DNA of 64,000 bases from Sphyrna mokarran (taxonomy: Eukaryota): positions 1,550,001 to 1,614,000 of the forward strand of contig JAGIQG010000043.1 of the NCBI GenBank assembly GCA_024679065.1, in the 5' to 3' direction. Below are positions 59,258-64,000 of the stretch, piece after piece. Position 1 is the stretch's first letter, and every line of letters starts with the position of its first letter. The notes beneath the pieces were generated by a model that searched no databases, had not been told where the DNA came from, and saw only the letters and a program-made list of their open reading frames with translations. The position numbers and the translations under genes are program-made.

Positions 59258-61903
59258 GTGGAGAGGATCCCCAAGAGGATTGCACATATCGACACAGACA
59301 TCAAGTTTCTACAGAGATGCAAGAAAGCAGACAGGATACCAAAGGGACTACAGATCACGAACCCACTCAGGTCAACCTATAACACAGACTACGCTGAGAG
59401 GCTTTGCCGTCACACCTCTCTCACACTCCTCAATCACCTCATACACCAGCTCTATAGCAAACGCCGCACCCTGGAAAGTAAAATGGAATACATATTCTCA
59501 ACTTGCGCTCAGGACGCAGATCAGCTGCGAAACTTTGCCAAGCAGATGAGACAAAGAAACTACACCATTTACATGCACACCAAGAACAGGAAACTTGAAA
59601 AACTCGGCATCGCCACCAGCAGCAACCAAGCCTCCCTTGGCAACACAGTAGAAAACAACACTGCCGCAGGGAGGTCCATTGTTAACCTGTCGGACTACAC
59701 ACTTAAATCAGAGAAAATCGAAGTTCTCAGCCGAGGGCTCAATTTCTGTCCCACCACCAAAATGGACCCCATCAGTCTCGCAGCAGATACAGAGGAATTC
59801 ATCAGGCGAATGAGGCTGCGTGAGTTCTTCCACAAACCCCAAGAGGCCAATAGTGGACTCAATGAGACAGCTAATGAACCAGAACAGCCGACAGAGGGAT
59901 CCGCAGTGCAGCAAACAAAGAGGAATGGATCCAATTGGACTCCTCCGGAAGGCCGCTGTCCCCCACTGGACATGTATGCCCAAGCCATCAGGAGGTGCGT
60001 GAACACCAGATTTATCAACCATACTTACAAGACAGTCCCGAACATCACCCAAGTACAACGCAAGGCCATCCGTGCTCTCAAGACCAACCGCAACATTGTC
60101 ATCAAACCAGCAGACAAAGGAGGCGCCACCGTCATACTGAACAGAACGGATTACTGTGAAGAAGTGTACCGACAACTAAACAATGAGAAACACTACAGAC
60201 AGTTACCAGCAGATCCGACCAAAGAACACACTCGTCAACTCAACACTCTGATCAAAACCTTTGATCCGGACCTTCAGAACACCCTCCGGGCTCTCATTCC
60301 ACGTACTCCCCGCATTGGAGATCTCTACTGCCTCCCAAAGATACACAAGGCAAACATACCCGGCCGTCCCATCGTATCGGGCAATGGGACCCTGTGTGAG
60401 AACCTCTCCGGCTATATCGAGGGCATCCTGAAACCCATTGTACAAAGAACCCCCAGCTTTTGTCTTGACACTACGGACTTCCTACAGAAACTCAGCACAC
60501 ATGGAGCAGTAGAACCAGGGACACTCCTTGTCACAATGGATGTCTCGGCGCTCTACACTAACATCCCCCACGACAATGGTATTGCTGCAACTGCCTCAGT
60601 ACTCAATGCCAACAACTGCCAGTTTCCGGATGCAATTTTACAACTCATCCGCTTCATCTTGGACCACAATGTCTTCACCTTCAACAATCAGCTTTTCATC
60701 CAGACACACGGAACAGCCATGGGGACCAAATTCGCACCTCAGTATGCCAACATCTTCATGCACAGGTTCGAACAAGACTTCTTCACCACACGAGATCTCC
60801 AACCAAGGTTATATACTAGATACATTGATGACATCTTTTTCCTTTGGACTCATGGTGAACAATCATTGAAACAACTGTATGATGATATCAACAAGTTCCA
60901 TCCCACCATCAGACTCACCATGGACTATTCTCCAGAATCAGTTGCATTCTTGGACACACGCATCTCCATCAAGGATGGTCACCTCAGCACCTCACTGTAC
61001 CGCAAACCGACAGACAACCTCACAATGCTCCACTTCTCCAGCTTCCACCCTAGACACGTTAAAGAAGCCATTCCCTATGGACAAGCCCTCCGTATACACA
61101 GAATTTGCTCAGATGAGAAGGATCGTGACAGACACCTCCAGACACTGAAGGATGCCCTCGTGAGAACAGGATATGGTGCTCGACTCATCGATCGACAGTT
61201 CCAACGTGCCACAACGATAAACCGCACTGATCTCCTCAGAAGACGAACACGGGACACGGTGGACAGAGTACCCTTTGTTGTCCAGTACTTCCCCGGAGCG
61301 GAGAAGCTACGACATCTTCTCCGGAGTCTTCAACATATCATTGATGACGATGAACATCTCGCTAGGGCCATCCCCACCCCCCCACTTCTTGCTTTCAGAC
61401 AACCGCGCAACCTCAAACAGATCATTGTTCGCAGCAAACTACCCAACCTTCAGGAGAACAGTGACCACAATACCACACAACCCTGCCACAGCAACCTCTG
61501 CAAGACATGCCGGATCATAGACATGGACGACATCATCAAACGTGAGGATACCATTCACCAGGTACACGGTACATACACTTGCAACTCGGCCAACGTTGTC
61601 TACCTAATACGTTGCAAGAAAGGATGTCCCGAAGCATGGTATATTGGGGAGACCATGCAGACACTACGACAGCGGATGAATGAGCATCGCTCAGCAATCA
61701 CCAGGCAAAACAGTTCCCTTCCTGTGGGCGAACACTTCAGCAGTCATGGGCATTCGGCCTCCGACCTGCGGGTAAATGTTCTTCAAGGGGGCTTTCGTGA
61801 TACACGACAGCGCAGAGTCGCTGAGCAGAGACTGATAGCCAAGCTCCGCACACATGAGGACGGTCTTAACAGGGATCTTGGCTTCATGACACACTATCTG
61901 TAA
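59258..61903 (+). CDS. Penelope-like RT + GIY-YIG endonuclease (881 aa, open; probably 5'-truncated)
   Basis: IKPADKG, LPKIHK, DVSALYT, GTAMG, YIDD; Cys linker CHSNLCKTC; VVY..YIG-ET..RMNEH endonuclease. Confidence 0.93.
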   Translation: MERIPKRIAHIDTDIKFLQRCKKADRIPKGLQITNPLRSTYNTDYAERLCRHTSLTLLNHLIHQLYSKRRTLESKMEYIFSTCAQDADQLRNFAKQMRQRNYTIYMHTKNRKLEKLGIATSSNQASLGNTVENNTAAGRSIVNLSDYTLKSEKIEVLSRGLNFCPTTKMDPISLAADTEEFIRRMRLREFFHKPQEANSGLNETANEPEQPTEGSAVQQTKRNGSNWTPPEGRCPPLDMYAQAIRRCVNTRFINHTYKTVPNITQVQRKAIRALKTNRNIVIKPADKGGATVILNRTDYCEEVYRQLNNEKHYRQLPADPTKEHTRQLNTLIKTFDPDLQNTLRALIPRTPRIGDLYCLPKIHKANIPGRPIVSGNGTLCENLSGYIEGILKPIVQRTPSFCLDTTDFLQKLSTHGAVEPGTLLVTMDVSALYTNIPHDNGIAATASVLNANNCQFPDAILQLIRFILDHNVFTFNNQLFIQTHGTAMGTKFAPQYANIFMHRFEQDFFTTRDLQPRLYTRYIDDIFFLWTHGEQSLKQLYDDINKFHPTIRLTMDYSPESVAFLDTRISIKDGHLSTSLYRKPTDNLTMLHFSSFHPRHVKEAIPYGQALRIHRICSDEKDRDRHLQTLKDALVRTGYGARLIDRQFQRATTINRTDLLRRRTRDTVDRVPFVVQYFPGAEKLRHLLRSLQHIIDDDEHLARAIPTPPLLAFRQPRNLKQIIVRSKLPNLQENSDHNTTQPCHSNLCKTCRIIDMDDIIKREDTIHQVHGTYTCNSANVVYLIRCKKGCPEAWYIGETMQTLRQRMNEHRSAITRQNSSLPVGEHFSSHGHSASDLRVNVLQGGFRDTRQRRVAEQRLIAKLRTHEDGLNRDLGFMTHYL

Positions 61904-62116
61904 CCCCCGTAACTTGCCTGGGTTAGCAAAAAACCTCACTTACTGTGCTGTCTGGAGAAAATACACAATTCTCCAACAATGCTCAGGATTCCCTTCACAC
62001 ACATTGTTAGCCACTTTATCACTTGAATAGCAGGTTAGATGTAAGGATTCGCAATCTAATCAGCAATCTCTGACTGTCTGTGTTGATGTGTGCTATTGCA
62101 GACCAGAACACTGCAT

Positions 62117-62151
62117 TTGCCTGAGGAAGACACAGTGTCGAAAGCTCGCAA
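62117..62151 (+). ncRNA. Minimal type I hammerhead ribozyme in the Penelope-like 3' repeat
   Basis: TTGC-CTGAGGA-A-GACAC A GTGTC-GAAA-GCTC-GCAA. Core boxes are present, stem I is TTGC/GCAA, stems II and III are palindromic, and cleavage is predicted after C62147. Confidence 0.8.
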
Positions 62152-64000
62152 TTTTACTACCAAATAAATCGGTTGGATTAAAAATTGGAGTTGCTAAATT
62201 CTTACTCGGGAGGAGGAGACAGAGGGTAGTAGTGGAAGGCTCTTTTTCCGGCTGGAAGCCTGTCACTAGTGGAGTGCCACAAGACTCAGTTCTAGGTCCT
62301 CTTCTATTTGTGGTCTACATAAACGACTTGGAAGTCGGGGTAGGTGGTGAGATCAGCAAATTTCCTGGTGACACCAAGATGCTTGGATTGGCGGGTACAG
62401 AGGAGCAGTGCCAGGCAATACAACAGGACATAGATAGGTTGATAGACTGGGCAGATAGATGGCAAATGGAATTTAATCCAGATAAATGCGAGGTGATGCA
62501 TTTTGGCCGGAAAAATGTAGAGGAGAGTTACAGGATAAAAGGTAAAACTATACGTAGCATAGAGACGGAGAGAGACTTGGGGGTGCAGGTTCACAAGTCT
62601 CTGAAGGTGTCCTCACAGGTGGAGAAGGTGATAAAGAAGGCGTATAGTATGTTAGTTTTCATAGAAAAGGGCATAGAATACAAGAGTAGGAGTTTGATGT
62701 TGCAGTTGTGTAGAACGTTGGTTAGGCCTCACTTGGAATACTGCGTCCAGTTCTGGTCGCCGTACTATCGGAAGGGATGTGGAGTCCTTGGAGAGAGTGC
62801 AGAGGAGGCTTACCAGGATGCTGCCTGGTATGAAAGGACTTTCTTATGAGGAACGATTAAATAGACTGGGGTTGTTTTCCCTTGAAAGACGTCGGCTTAG
62901 AGAGGATCTCATAGAAGTGTATAAGATTATAAGGGGTATAGATAGAGTAAATGGAGGTAAACTTTTTCCACTTTCAGAAATGGATAGGACGAGGGGTCAT
63001 GGCCTTAGGGTGAGGGGGGCTATGTATAAGACGAATATTAGAGGGCAGTTTTTCACACAAAGGGTAGTGGGGGTGTGGAATGCACTGCCGAGTAAGGTCG
63101 TGGGAGCAGGCACGCTAGGGCTGTTTAAGGGTCTTTTGGACAGCCACATGAGCGGTATGCAGATAGAGGGATATAGTAGGACTGTTTAACTACGGCTTTT
63201 TTTCCACAGGTAATTCGGTCCATACTTGACCAACAATGAGCATGCATTCGGCAGGTGGTGCGAGGACAGCTCTTGGATGTTGATTCATGGGTTGCCTGGT
63301 ACTTCATGTCGTAAATGAGTGCTTTATGTGGACCATCTGAAGGGCACCATGACAGCTCAGAGACTATCGATGTGGCTGTGCAGACACTTGGAATTGGGCC
63401 GGTGTCTGCGGGAGTTTGCGCGTTCTCCCCGTGGTTGCGTGGGTTTTCTCCGGGCGCTCCGGTTTCCTCCCACAACCCAAAAATTCGCTCTTAGGCTGAT
63501 TGGGAAACAAATTGTCCCTATAGTGAGAGTCTTCCATGTTCAGAATAACCTAATTTTATATTATGATAATGGAATTGCTACTATATGTTTATGACGGCGG
63601 CACGGGCTCGTTGGGCCAAAGGGCCTGTTTCCCGTGCTGTGTTGCTCTTAATAAAAAAACTCCTACTGAGTTGGGGTTTTTCAGTTTAGGTGGAAACTAT
63701 GACGAATTGAGCAATGGAAAGTACGACACCATTGTGGGCCGTGTTGGGGCGAACACAACATTTGTTTGACATACCTCAGTGTTTGAGCGCTACAGCACCC
63801 AAATATAATCAACATGTTTTTTTTTCCGATTGTAAGACAGGGTACTATGGGATGGATATACGCTGAATGCTCTGATTAAACCTATGAAAAAGTATAAATC
63901 CCTGTGCATTTAACAATTTGTGGGGCATGTGCATCATTGCACGGCCGACATTGAATGCCTATCCAAGAATGTACTTGGAGGGCATTTCAAACTCAAACAC

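Larger units (their letters stand above)
59154..62204 (+). mobile_element. Penelope-like retroelement (Neptune-type) with inverted 5' pLTR segment and 13-bp TSD
   Basis: TSD ctcgggaggagga at 59141-59153 and 62205-62217. 59158-59235 is a near reverse complement of 62129-62205. Confidence 0.92.
57641..63650 (+). mobile_element. CR1 LINE (ORF2 and SINE-containing 3' UTR) interrupted by a Penelope-like element
   Basis: ORF2 reads ..WLGRR / RQRVVVEG across the insertion at 59154-62204. Confidence 0.88.
42140..64000 (+). repeat. Segmental (tandem) duplication, copy 2
   Basis: Matches 1-5843, 8612-12585 and 13261-13600. The match runs to the window end. Confidence 0.95.

Overview
Vertebrate genomic DNA, most likely from a cartilaginous fish (shark or ray). 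This is inferred from abundant HE1/V-SINE-like SINEs and CR1 (HER1-like) LINEs with (GTTCTAT)n tails. Among the retroelements lies a tandem cluster of spliced, minus-strand immunoglobulin-superfamily receptor genes that I reconstructed by hand from splice sites and exon phases. Their architecture is leader / single-exon V(J) / C1 / TM / cytoplasmic exons. Gene B (27329-20281) looks intact and has a germline-joined VJ (LIFGNGSKLMIT), an uncharged TM and a TLYARL tyrosine motif. Gene A (13196 to at least 4777) is a divergent cysteine-rich paralog whose last exon I could not fix. A pseudogenised duplicate of gene A (56354-46889) sits in a segmental duplication (1-13600 matches about 42140-64000) that reaches both window edges. 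No recombination signal sequences (RSS) flank the V exons, so these appear to be non-rearranging antigen-receptor-like genes, and A and B may form a disulfide-linked pair (inference). Other content: a full-length CR1 with an esterase-type ORF1, several nested CR1 stacks, a Penelope-like element with an open RT-GIY-YIG ORF and a minimal hammerhead ribozyme, a near-perfect 295-bp palindrome upstream of gene B, and SINE-derived minisatellites. Transposable element (TE) boundaries are approximate unless a target-site duplication (TSD) is given.
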